Counted from the stretch's first letter, positions 25,567-35,033 are shown. The stretch is DNA of 43,429 nt from a virus (IMGVR_UViG_3300021440_000048:1-43429); one strand, 5' to 3'. Translations and numbers: made by a program. The notes: generated by a model not told the origin, from the sequence alone.

Positions 25567-26010
25567 ATGAACGACACAACTAACTTCAATATCGACTCTC
25601 TCCTGGATGGCACACTTGATGACCTTGCAGACAAGCCAGAATTCAAGCCTTTCCCAGTTGGCACACATCGTGTTATCTTTGGCAAGTTTGAGCAAAAGAA
25701 GATGGGCACTCATCCTGGCATTGATGTTAAGGTAACTGCTAAGGAAACTTTGGAGCTGGCCAATCCTAATGCAGATGCTCCTTTGTCAGATGGTGATACA
25801 ACTAACTTCGGTTTTATTCTGGACAATGAGTATGGCCAAGGTGACTTCAAGATGGTTATGAAGGCAGCGGCTGAGAAGTTTGGTACCAAATCTAACCGGG
25901 AACTTATGGAAGAGATGAATGGTGCGGAAGCTTTGATTGTTACTAACCAACGGCAGAATAAAGAGAAGACACAAACATTCACAGGCTTGGTAGCTGTGCA
26001 GTTGGTGTAA
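25567..26010 (+). CDS. Putative single-stranded DNA-binding protein (DUF669-like OB fold)
   Basis: Acidic N-terminus and FKPFPVGTH motif; follows the Sak4-like gene. Confidence 0.6.
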   Translation: MNDTTNFNIDSLLDGTLDDLADKPEFKPFPVGTHRVIFGKFEQKKMGTHPGIDVKVTAKETLELANPNADAPLSDGDTTNFGFILDNEYGQGDFKMVMKAAAEKFGTKSNRELMEEMNGAEALIVTNQRQNKEKTQTFTGLVAVQLV

Positions 26011-26072
26011 TCATGGAACCCTGGCTAATTGTCATACAGTTGCCAGGTTATTTATTTGATAGGAGAAATGAA

Positions 26073-26270
26073 ATGAATACAGATTGTGGTATCGATAATC
26101 TTGCACATACGGCACCCAAAGAAGAAACAGTCGGCGAACATCTTGACCATGCAATCGAACAAGCAAGGAAACAAGTAGAGCGTCTGTGCATTCTGAAAGC
26201 AAAAGCAGAAGCCTCGAACATTCTGAACTTCCCTTCAGAGTTTATTCGGGACATAGCGTTTTGTCACTAA
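26073..26270 (+). CDS. Hypothetical protein (65 aa)
   Basis: AGGAG SD before ATG 26073. Confidence 0.65.
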   Translation: MNTDCGIDNLAHTAPKEETVGEHLDHAIEQARKQVERLCILKAKAEASNILNFPSEFIRDIAFCH

Positions 26271-26271
26271 T

Positions 26272-26384
26272 TTAACATCTTAACATCTTAACATCATGCA
26301 CCTTCATTGATTCCAGTTCTGGGGGAAACGGACAACTGGATTCTTTGAGGGTGTATTCGTTAGGAATAGTTATGTACTTCTAAC
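26272..26384 (+). promoter_or_regulatory. Structured leader of the polymerase gene: (TTAACATC)x3 plus two hairpins
   Basis: Repeat 26272-26295; stems 26296-26306/26346-26356, 26312-26318/26334-26340 and 26359-26365/26378-26384. Confidence 0.5.
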
Positions 26385-26397
26385 AAAAAGGATTAAG

Positions 26398-28845
26398 ATG
26401 AATGATCCAATTAAATCTAAACTAGCTCAACTAGCAGCACAGGCGCGAGCAGTACAATCTGCGGCCCCCAAACTTACCCAAACAGTCGGCTCATATAACT
26501 GCGCATTTATCGGAACAAGCGATGATGAGGAATATAAGGATGGCTTGAAAGGAATGTTCAATGGTGTAAATACCTATCTAACATTTGAGCCATTCACACT
26601 GCTTACACATTTGGAGATGTATTGTGCCAAGAGAAATGTCACGAGAGTTGTATCTACAAATATCTCAATACTTACAAAACTCCTCGAACTTCAGGGGAAT
26701 ATACGGAGCAATCCGTCGCTCTCCGATTACCAAGGATCAGTTTTTCAGTACAAAGCTATCGAAATCGTATTCATTAGTCCACTGCGCCAGTTGCACACAG
26801 TTCCCGAGGGTAAATTTATTGCCTCTCGTTTCATATCCAAAGTCTGTGCCAAAGAATCCTGGCCCGAGGCAACTTCTTTTCAGTGGGTACTAATCACTCC
26901 AGCTAATTACAAGGAATGTATTCATGAACTCGAGTCCTCCTTTGCTATTGCAGTGGATATTGAAACTCTTAAGCAAAATCTTGCTATTCGTTGTATTGGC
27001 TATACTGGAATTTATATTTCTAGTACTGGTATTATCACCACTCGCTCTTATGTTCTTCCTATGGATGACGAATGGGCACTATCTGTAATGAGAAGGATAA
27101 ATGGAAATGATATTCAGAAAATCTTTCAAAATGGAAAGTATGATAACGCATACTTACTCCGTTACGGAAGTCCAGTTACCAGATGGTTGTGGGATACTGC
27201 GCATCAGATGCACTCTTGGTATTCAGAACTACCAAAGGATCTTGCTTTCCTTAATGCCTTCTTCCTTAGAAAAGTGGTATATTGGAAGGATCTTGCAGAA
27301 ACACAAGACCTTCATGAATACTATAAGTATAATGCATTGGATACCTGGGCAACAGCAAATGTATGGATTAGATGGATTCTCTCCGCTCCAGACTGGGCCA
27401 AAAGAAACTATTCATTAGAGTTTCCTCTTGTGTTCCCTTGTCTCCTAAGTGAGATGACTGGGATTAAAAGAGATGCCCAAAGATTGGAAACAGCAAGAAA
27501 AGAACTGGATATTAAAGAAGCGGAAATGCTGCGAAAGCTAAGAGCAATGATTGGGGCACCGGGGTTTAATCCTGGAAGCCCGGTTCAGTGCAAAACCCTT
27601 CTTAAAATCTTAGGCTGCGGAGATATCCAAGGTACTGGTGTTAAGGAAATGTTCAAGGCCAGACTCCGGCATCCTCTCATCAATACAATCATTTCTCTTA
27701 TATCAATCAAGAGTGAAGAAGAAGGTGATTGTATCCGAGGTCTGCGGAAACTCAGATCTAACTATCTTAGATTGGAGAGTGATCGTGAGAAGAATAAAGA
27801 CAACGGAGCAAAGGAATTTCAGGGTAGAATTCTGTACTCTCTTAATCCACATGGAACAGAAACCGGAAGGCTTGCAAGTAGAGAGCACGCTTTCTGGTGT
27901 GGATTACAGATACAAAACATACCTAGGGGCAAGGAAGTTAAGCAAACAATCTGTGCGGATGAGGGATTTTACCTGGGAGAATGCGATCTGGAACAAGCTG
28001 AATCCAGAGACACAGCAAATATTTCTGGAGATACTTCTCTTATTGCAGCAGTATCAGGTACCAGAGACTTTCACTCAGTTAATGCGTCTGCATTTTTTGG
28101 CGTTCCGTATTCAGATATCTACGATGATTCCATTGGAAAGACTAGGAATAAACCGCTACGGGATTTGGCTAAGCGAGTCAACCATGGAGCTAACTATAAC
28201 ATGGGGGCGCTTGTCCTAATTGACACAATGGGACTAGATAAGATTTGGGAAGCTGCTAGATTGCTAGGGCTGAAAGAGTCTGATCCGAAAAAGATTGCAC
28301 AGCATCTGTTAGATCAATTCCATAAAACTTATCCCTCAATTAAGAAGGACTATTATGAGCACGTCATCACAGAGGTATCAACAACTAGAATGCTTGTTTC
28401 AAGAGCTTATCACCATACAGAGTACAACACACGACATTATGAGGCAGCTAAGTATATTGAGACTGGCGACTGGACAAGATACTGTTTTGGAAGACCAGAC
28501 AAAAACAAACTTGACCTCAACAGTTATGTCGCTCACTGCCCTCAGTCGCTCAATGCAAGAACTCTTAACGAAGCTTACATGAGGGTGTTCTATGAAATCG
28601 CGTTGAAGTATCCGAATAGTTTCCGTTTACATGCCCAAATACACGATAGTATACTATTTTCATACAGATCAGGTAGTGAATGTTTGGCTGAACAAGTCAA
28701 AAAATGTATGGAGATTCCTGTTACAATCCGCGATGTCTCAGGCACAATTAGAAACTTTACAGTACCTGCAGCACTTAAGTTAGGCATGAAAGATAAGAAG
28801 ACTGGGGAATTTATTAGAGCGAAATACTGGAGTGAAACAGAATGA
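26398..28845 (+). CDS. polA: Family A DNA polymerase with 3'-5' exonuclease and an extra N-terminal domain
   Basis: ExoI VDIET, ExoII QNGKYD, ExoIII YNALD, TETGRLAS, motif A DLEQAESR, motif B RDLAKRVNHGANY, motif C IHDS. Confidence 0.93.
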   Translation: MNDPIKSKLAQLAAQARAVQSAAPKLTQTVGSYNCAFIGTSDDEEYKDGLKGMFNGVNTYLTFEPFTLLTHLEMYCAKRNVTRVVSTNISILTKLLELQGNIRSNPSLSDYQGSVFQYKAIEIVFISPLRQLHTVPEGKFIASRFISKVCAKESWPEATSFQWVLITPANYKECIHELESSFAIAVDIETLKQNLAIRCIGYTGIYISSTGIITTRSYVLPMDDEWALSVMRRINGNDIQKIFQNGKYDNAYLLRYGSPVTRWLWDTAHQMHSWYSELPKDLAFLNAFFLRKVVYWKDLAETQDLHEYYKYNALDTWATANVWIRWILSAPDWAKRNYSLEFPLVFPCLLSEMTGIKRDAQRLETARKELDIKEAEMLRKLRAMIGAPGFNPGSPVQCKTLLKILGCGDIQGTGVKEMFKARLRHPLINTIISLISIKSEEEGDCIRGLRKLRSNYLRLESDREKNKDNGAKEFQGRILYSLNPHGTETGRLASREHAFWCGLQIQNIPRGKEVKQTICADEGFYLGECDLEQAESRDTANISGDTSLIAAVSGTRDFHSVNASAFFGVPYSDIYDDSIGKTRNKPLRDLAKRVNHGANYNMGALVLIDTMGLDKIWEAARLLGLKESDPKKIAQHLLDQFHKTYPSIKKDYYEHVITEVSTTRMLVSRAYHHTEYNTRHYEAAKYIETGDWTRYCFGRPDKNKLDLNSYVAHCPQSLNARTLNEAYMRVFYEIALKYPNSFRLHAQIHDSILFSYRSGSECLAEQVKKCMEIPVTIRDVSGTIRNFTVPAALKLGMKDKKTGEFIRAKYWSETE

Positions 28846-29066
28846 ATATACAAATCCTACTTATTGAAGGCGGCTTTTGGTGGAATGTTACGATCGACTC
28901 TACACAAGAGCTTGTTGATATCCTAAACACAGGAAGACACTTAGGAACTACAGTTGCTGCTGTTAAATATAAGATAGATGCATCTCCATTTACTCGAGAT
29001 TCTTCAGTTGTGATATACGATTTTATCTCAACAAAATATTCTGTTTATGAAATGCAAGGAAACTAA
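28842..29066 (+). CDS. Hypothetical protein (74 aa)
   Basis: ATGA overlap with the polA stop; GGAG upstream. Confidence 0.65.
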   Translation: MNIQILLIEGGFWWNVTIDSTQELVDILNTGRHLGTTVAAVKYKIDASPFTRDSSVVIYDFISTKYSVYEMQGN

Positions 29067-29068
29067 TC

Positions 29069-29305
29069 ATGACCATTACAACTTTCCACTACGATCAATC
29101 AGGTGACTGGATTAAAGATCCAATCTCATCTAACCAACCCTTGGATGAAGTTATCATCCGAATCAACAAACAAACAATCCCTGCATTCAAACAATTAGTT
29201 CAGCGGGCGCTCAATACTTGGGCAGATGCTCCACCTGAATTGAAAGAGTTTGGAGATCTCTTGGAACATAACCAAGTACTCCAAGATTATTATTCGCAGA
29301 ATTAA
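29069..29305 (+). CDS. Hypothetical protein (78 aa)
   Basis: AAGGA SD. Confidence 0.72.
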   Translation: MTITTFHYDQSGDWIKDPISSNQPLDEVIIRINKQTIPAFKQLVQRALNTWADAPPELKEFGDLLEHNQVLQDYYSQN

Positions 29306-29331
29306 TCACAACTCCTACAGAAAGTTCCTCT

Positions 29332-30588
29332 ATGTCTGAGGATTTCTTTTCCCACTACATTCCCTACTCTTGTGAATCTACTGAAGTTCCTAAATGGTTC
29401 GCAAGGTGGTCAGCAATTGTAGGGATTGGTGCAATCTTAGGAAGGCAATATCACTTTCAGTTTGGGCATTTCAACATCAATCCAAACATCTATTGTTTTC
29501 TTATCGGCTCTCCTGGAACTAAGAAAGGTACTGCAATTAAGATCCTGAAGAAAGTTATGGGGGCGGCCGGGTATGAAACATTCGCGTCGGAAAGAACTAG
29601 CAAGGAGAAGTTTCTAGCAGATATGGCTGGGGAAGGTGACTTTGGAATTAAAAGTGTTGAAGATTTGTTAGATGAGAATCTATTTGGAAGTGATGATGCA
29701 GGTAAAGATGATGAAATGTTTATTGCAATTGATGAGATTAATGACTTCATTGGTGTAGGTAACATTGAATTCATATCTATGCTTGGTAACTTATGGGACC
29801 ATAATGGAAAGTATGAGCATAAGATTAAAACTGGTAAAAGTATTTGTGTAAGCAATCCAACAATTAGTATTCTTGGTGGCAACACTCCGCAAGGTTTGTC
29901 AATAGCATTTCCCCCTGAAGTAATTGGACAAGGATTCTTTTCTCGGCTACAACTTATATATGGAGAGCCAAGTGGAAAACAAGTTACATTTCCAGAGCCG
30001 CCGGATCCGAAAGCCACCAAGGAACTTGTTGAATATTTCCGAAGAATTAAAGCAGAGTGCTACGGAACTGCTGAAGTTACAGGAACAGCAAAGAAACTTC
30101 TTGATAAAATTTATAGGGCTCCTAGATTTACAGGAGACCCAAGATTCGAGGCTTACTTTAATAGACGGCTATCTCATCTCATTAAACTCTGTCTCGTTAC
30201 GTCAGCGGCTCGCTGCTCAAAGACGATCACAGAAACAGATGTTATACATGCAAACACAGTTCTTAACCTTGCTGAGCAACTCATGCCGAAAGCATTGGGA
30301 CAGTTTGGAAAAGCAAAGAATTCAGACGTAGCACATAAAGTAATACAGATACTTGAAGCAAGTGACGGTATTGTAGAAATTAAAGGTATCTGGAAAGCAG
30401 TGTCGAATGATCTGGAGAAGATGGCAGATTTGAATCAGATCCTTCAGAATCTTCTAGCTGCTGATAAGATACAGATAGTTCCAGGCGGCAGGGGTTTCTT
30501 ACCCAAGCGCAAACTTGTTGATCAAATTGATTCCTCTATGATCGACACGTCTTATTTAACAGAGGAAGAACTAAGGATATCCAAATGA
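29332..30588 (+). CDS. DUF3987/YfjI-like AAA+ ATPase, probable replicative helicase
   Basis: NIYCFLIGSPGTKKGT P-loop, FIAIDE Walker B, ISILGG.TP, GFFSR arginine finger, C-terminal winged-helix-like segment. Confidence 0.75.
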   Translation: MSEDFFSHYIPYSCESTEVPKWFARWSAIVGIGAILGRQYHFQFGHFNINPNIYCFLIGSPGTKKGTAIKILKKVMGAAGYETFASERTSKEKFLADMAGEGDFGIKSVEDLLDENLFGSDDAGKDDEMFIAIDEINDFIGVGNIEFISMLGNLWDHNGKYEHKIKTGKSICVSNPTISILGGNTPQGLSIAFPPEVIGQGFFSRLQLIYGEPSGKQVTFPEPPDPKATKELVEYFRRIKAECYGTAEVTGTAKKLLDKIYRAPRFTGDPRFEAYFNRRLSHLIKLCLVTSAARCSKTITETDVIHANTVLNLAEQLMPKALGQFGKAKNSDVAHKVIQILEASDGIVEIKGIWKAVSNDLEKMADLNQILQNLLAADKIQIVPGGRGFLPKRKLVDQIDSSMIDTSYLTEEELRISK

Positions 30589-31010
30589 GTCTCGCAATCG
30601 GTTTTGTTAACCTTCCTAATCTGGAAGCCTCGTCCCCAAATGATCCACCTCTCATTCAGGTAAGGTATGACAGGTTTGTTTTGCAGCTATTTAAGGTAGA
30701 TACATTCGCGCAAATGATGAACCATGCGGCCCTAGGAGTTTGCGGGGAAGCTGGGGAACTAGCGGATGCAATTAAGAAACATATCCATTATGGCAAACCA
30801 CTTGATCATGACAATGTGATTGAGGAGTTGGGCGATCTGAGATTTTATATACAAGCAGTTCAGAATATGCTGGGTATTACTGAACAAGAATTGCTGCAAC
30901 ATAATGCGAATAAGTTAGCAAAGAGGTATGGTAGTTTGACGTACTCTGATAAGGAAGCAGTGGAGCGGAAGGATAAAGAGTGGGGCAAGATTGGAGAAGC
31001 TAATGGATAA
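30585..31010 (+). CDS. MazG-like nucleoside triphosphate pyrophosphohydrolase
   Basis: LGVCGEAGELADAIKK, EELGDLRFY and NANKLAKRY motifs. Confidence 0.88.
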   Translation: MSLAIGFVNLPNLEASSPNDPPLIQVRYDRFVLQLFKVDTFAQMMNHAALGVCGEAGELADAIKKHIHYGKPLDHDNVIEELGDLRFYIQAVQNMLGITEQELLQHNANKLAKRYGSLTYSDKEAVERKDKEWGKIGEANG

Positions 31011-31413
31011 TAAAGAAGCTCCTCCCATCCCAGCTAATCCTTATGACAACCTAACTGATCCAAATACTGGAACTAAACTCCCTGAATCCCATGATCCTAA
31101 CTGTGAGACAGATACTTATGGGGATATTAAAATCATCTCCAATGGTAAATATATCACGGAGTTTTTTCCAGAAGGATTCATTGCACTGCAAAAGGAATTA
31201 GCTACAGGCCTGCATCCAAAACTTGAAGAGCGCTTAGGCAATCATCCAGTTGAGGAAACGGATATTAAGCTTGCGGAAATTGCATCTTACTGTCAGGTTG
31301 CTCTTGATGGAGTGTACACAATGCCAGAGCGGGATAAGCTATGTTATATCCTTGCTGGTAGATTGGAAGCACTTAGAGAAATACCGGTCGCGCAGACTAT
31401 CATTTTGCAGTGA
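31003..31413 (+). CDS. Hypothetical protein (136 aa)
   Basis: GGAG SD before ATG 31003; last gene of the plus arm. Confidence 0.75.
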   Translation: MDNKEAPPIPANPYDNLTDPNTGTKLPESHDPNCETDTYGDIKIISNGKYITEFFPEGFIALQKELATGLHPKLEERLGNHPVEETDIKLAEIASYCQVALDGVYTMPERDKLCYILAGRLEALREIPVAQTIILQ

Positions 31414-31430
31414 TTCATGCAATACACATA

Positions 31431-31472
31431 AATAAACCCCCAAGGACTTACCATCCAAGGGGGTTTTTCTTT
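31431..31472. terminator. Bidirectional intrinsic terminator
   Basis: AAACCCCC..GGA/TCC..GGGGGTTT followed by TTCTTT, between convergent gene arms. Confidence 0.8.
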
Positions 31473-31487
31473 GTCTGGAATTTAATC

Positions 31488-33719
31488 CTACTGCACTATT
31501 AAATAATTAAGCCTAGTAGTTCCTGTAACTGCTGCGTTCATGTTAACTGTGAATGACCCTGCTGCAGCAACAATATTTTTAATTACTGCTGTTGCATCAT
31601 TTGTTGCCACATTCACAAGCACTTGGCTAGCTGTAGTTACATTAGGATTAGTCACAGTTATTGAAGTTCCTGCTGCAGCAATTGCTACCATGCCTCTGCC
31701 AGTTTGGTGCGTTACATTTCCTGGAGTTCCTGAACTATCTGTATAAGGAACATAAGGACTTGTAGATCCTAGAATCATCCAGCCATACCCAGAGCCTCCG
31801 CCATAAGCATAACTTATAGCCACCAAACAAACAGAGCCTTCCGAAGGAACTTGGATAGTACTGTATTGTCTATTGATTAGTTGGCCGCTGGATACATTAA
31901 TTGTAGCAACACCACTTTGGCTAGCATTGTAATAATAACATACCCAGCCCAAATTAACTTCTGTAATTACAGGAAGTGTGTTAGTGCCACTTGCAGAGTT
32001 GAATATCTGAACTGGTCCTTGGTTAGTAGAAAACCCTGTGCCAGATGTTGGGTATGCATAGGAAGTTAATTGGATACCTTGATTAATTTCAATTGTATCA
32101 TTACCTCTGCGGTTATAGCCTATAGTAGGGTCTCCAATATTATTGCGCTTGAGATTTAAAGAAAGCGCCTGAAGTCCATTGCCGCCGCCCAAACCTAATG
32201 GAGGTGTTTGATAAACTCCAAGAGGTAAAGTTTGTCCTACGGATGTAGTATTACCTGCTGTGAATAGTGTACTATACCCATCAATATCACAACGAGCTGC
32301 TCCGGCAGAGGAGATATTTAGAATACCTTGCGCATTTCTTGTCACAACTTCTACTGTAGAGGTGCCATCAATTGTTGTAGCAGGCACACAAACTTGCATA
32401 CTTGTACAATTCTGAAATACAGTCTTAGTCGTTCCTCCACCTTCTGCATCTAGAAGAAGTACAGAAAGAGACGCCACAATAGAAGTGTTATCTAAGCCTA
32501 CAACTTCTATACAAGGAAACCCTTGAGAGATGATATTTACAGCGGTATTTCCTGCAGCATTTATAGCTGTTCCTGCAAAAGGAACATCATTAACATAACC
32601 AGTTGGTCGGTACTGTGAAGCAAGAGATGGCTGATAATTGCCTACAGTAATCGTACCTGCTCCAGAAGCTCCAGAAACACTAAGAACAAAGTAGATCCAA
32701 TTAACAGTAAATCCATTGATAGTAGCGCTGAAAGTGACAGGCATACCTACAGCAAAGTAAGTAAGATCTGTGACTCCAATGTTAGGACTGCCATTAGACA
32801 TAGTAGCAGCTTGGGTACTGCTGATCTGGCTAAATCTGTTTCCTTGTAAGTGAGTAATCGCCATACTACCAAATGCACTGCCATTGTAGGCGGCGAGCAC
32901 TACATTTCTTATGGGCGCATTTTGCACACCTTGCTTCACTGAGCCAAGCACTGCATTAAAGTAACTATTCCCTGGAGCCAAATATCCTGCACCTGAGGCA
33001 GCGAACATTACATTGCCAAGAGTGTTATTAAATCCATAGAACTGGCAATTATCGCAATGCTGGAAGTTTTCAATCCAGAATCCCCACTGAGTACAGTCTG
33101 TTGCACAAACATTGAATGTTGAATATAAGAAAGACATTCTGTACTGAGCACCTGCTTGGATACCAATACTAAAATTCTTTAGTCCTATATTAATAACACC
33201 AGTATTTGTTAGTGCAGCGTTTGAGAAATTCGTGCTAGCTGCTGCAGGACCAGGGGCGCCATAAAGTGTAGTTGCCTGAGCTAAAGTAAGCCCGGAAGTA
33301 TTGTAAGTGAAAGCAGGAAATGTACCATTGCCGATAAGTACAGTTCCCTTTGTTGTATCTAATGTAGCACTACCTGAGTCAGGATATTGTGTATAAATTA
33401 AAGAGTACCCATCGCCTAGGTATATGATATTAGACGCCATAGGCAAGGAAGCGGATAGTGTAATTCTTCCATGAATTTTAATTACACCTCCTCCTACAGC
33501 CACAAGAGCCGTAAAAGCTGCACGTATTTGTGCTTCAGTAGTACAATCTATACTATTAGCAGAAGACAATCCAGAGAGTTGCAAAGCTAAAATAGCATCT
33601 GCATCTAGCGCACCTGTGGATTGGTTATATCGCAAAGGAAGACTAGAGTGAGAAGGATCTGATTGTTGCTTTCCATTAGGATAGTCTGCTGTAACTAAGT
33701 TAGAGTTTGGGATACTCAT
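31488..33719 (-). CDS. Tailspike / receptor-binding protein (beta-helix-like)
   Basis: 743 aa; GGGVIKI...LPMASNIIYLGDG opening typical of pectin-lyase-fold spikes; Gly/Asn/Thr-rich; small C-terminal beta domain. AGGAG SD. Confidence 0.7.
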   Translation of the reverse strand: MSIPNSNLVTADYPNGKQQSDPSHSSLPLRYNQSTGALDADAILALQLSGLSSANSIDCTTEAQIRAAFTALVAVGGGVIKIHGRITLSASLPMASNIIYLGDGYSLIYTQYPDSGSATLDTTKGTVLIGNGTFPAFTYNTSGLTLAQATTLYGAPGPAAASTNFSNAALTNTGVINIGLKNFSIGIQAGAQYRMSFLYSTFNVCATDCTQWGFWIENFQHCDNCQFYGFNNTLGNVMFAASGAGYLAPGNSYFNAVLGSVKQGVQNAPIRNVVLAAYNGSAFGSMAITHLQGNRFSQISSTQAATMSNGSPNIGVTDLTYFAVGMPVTFSATINGFTVNWIYFVLSVSGASGAGTITVGNYQPSLASQYRPTGYVNDVPFAGTAINAAGNTAVNIISQGFPCIEVVGLDNTSIVASLSVLLLDAEGGGTTKTVFQNCTSMQVCVPATTIDGTSTVEVVTRNAQGILNISSAGAARCDIDGYSTLFTAGNTTSVGQTLPLGVYQTPPLGLGGGNGLQALSLNLKRNNIGDPTIGYNRRGNDTIEINQGIQLTSYAYPTSGTGFSTNQGPVQIFNSASGTNTLPVITEVNLGWVCYYYNASQSGVATINVSSGQLINRQYSTIQVPSEGSVCLVAISYAYGGGSGYGWMILGSTSPYVPYTDSSGTPGNVTHQTGRGMVAIAAAGTSITVTNPNVTTASQVLVNVATNDATAVIKNIVAAAGSFTVNMNAAVTGTTRLNYLIVQ

Positions 33720-33733
33720 TATGCTCTCCTATT

Positions 33734-34549
33734 TTACAGGCTAGGAAGTATTTCAAGACAGAATCTTTCCAGTACAATAAAGTCAGTTGCCTTGCCAGCA
33801 GTTGCAATATTTCCTGTATATGTCATGGCTTTGTCAGTTGTAGTGTCAAGAGCTAAAAATTGAGCCGCACTTATTGTAGCATTAGATCCCCAACCTTGGT
33901 TATTTCTGTTACAGTACTGTGCATTAGGAATACCTCTATTCATCAAAGTATCTTGCAAATATCCAGTGGCCGCTGTAGTTACAGAGAAAGAGCCAAATGT
34001 AGTTCCTGCTAATTTCTCAGCGATAGCTTTTGCATTAGCCGAGTTAAAACAAGTGAAGCCCCAGGTAGATCTAAGCCCACCATTATTTCCAAGAAGCCCG
34101 CCAGGTACTGTAACATTAACAAGAACTCTATCAGCATTTGAGTTATCTACCAGAGCTGCACCAGAACCAACTACCGGAGTAAGTGTTCCGCTTGGAATGT
34201 AAGGAATAAATTGATTAGTAGGACTTTGATAGTTTGTATATACCTGGATAGTTGCATTGGTCGTGTTAGATGTTTGCACTGCCCAATACAATCCAGCAGC
34301 CCCACCAACAACGTCACCTGCCTGCAAATATACCCAAAGTCCATAAGTATAGTTGTTTTGCAAAACAATGCCTGTGAGTGTGATCAGGCCGCCAGCACTA
34401 ATAGTATTTGTACTTGTAGTGGGAGGAAGCAAGATAGCAATAGCAGACTGAGCAAGCACCCAAGAAGCTCTTCCAGATACTGCAGGATGCTGAGGATCAC
34501 AGACTTGTTGGCCATCTTTGTAATTAGCCACTACCATATTATCAGCCAT
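33734..34549 (-). CDS. Putative virion fibre/accessory protein (271 aa)
   Basis: GGAG SD; beta-rich; shares an N-terminal motif with the 743-aa spike. Confidence 0.6.
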   Translation of the reverse strand: MADNMVVANYKDGQQVCDPQHPAVSGRASWVLAQSAIAILLPPTTSTNTISAGGLITLTGIVLQNNYTYGLWVYLQAGDVVGGAAGLYWAVQTSNTTNATIQVYTNYQSPTNQFIPYIPSGTLTPVVGSGAALVDNSNADRVLVNVTVPGGLLGNNGGLRSTWGFTCFNSANAKAIAEKLAGTTFGSFSVTTAATGYLQDTLMNRGIPNAQYCNRNNQGWGSNATISAAQFLALDTTTDKAMTYTGNIATAGKATDFIVLERFCLEILPSL

Positions 34550-34595
34550 GAAATTCTCCAGTTAAGTAATCAGATCAGTTAAAAGCATAAAGGAA

Positions 34596-35033
34596 TTAAT
34601 TATAGATAACTGCACCAAGAGAATAGGTGAAGTTAGATGCAGCAGAATGCACAACACGAATCCGCCAAATTCCCGGCAATGTATCCTGAGCTTGCACAAG
34701 AGTAGTTGTAGCAGCCACAGCAGCAATAGCTTGTTTAAGTTTCAACTTCACCATACCAGTAACAGCAGTTGCAGTTGTTGCACATACCTGACTCCAAACA
34801 AGGCTTGCAGGATCTTGTTCCTCCAAAACTAGCTGAACTGTATCTACTCCAGGAACAGCAGTTACATTAAGATAAGCAATAATACCTGAGGCTTCTTGGT
34901 TGATACCACTAGTCTGCCCATCAGAGTGGGTTGGATCAATAATAGTATTGCCAAGAATAGTCTGGGTAGCTGTGCGAACAGCACTAGGAAGAAGGATGTA
35001 TTTACCTTGAATTGTTGGGGTATAAATACTCAT
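34596..35033 (-). CDS. Small beta-sandwich virion protein (145 aa)
   Basis: GGAG SD; YLNVTAVPG and WRIRVVH..FTYSLG strand patterns. Confidence 0.6.
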   Translation of the reverse strand: MSIYTPTIQGKYILLPSAVRTATQTILGNTIIDPTHSDGQTSGINQEASGIIAYLNVTAVPGVDTVQLVLEEQDPASLVWSQVCATTATAVTGMVKLKLKQAIAAVAATTTLVQAQDTLPGIWRIRVVHSAASNFTYSLGAVIYN

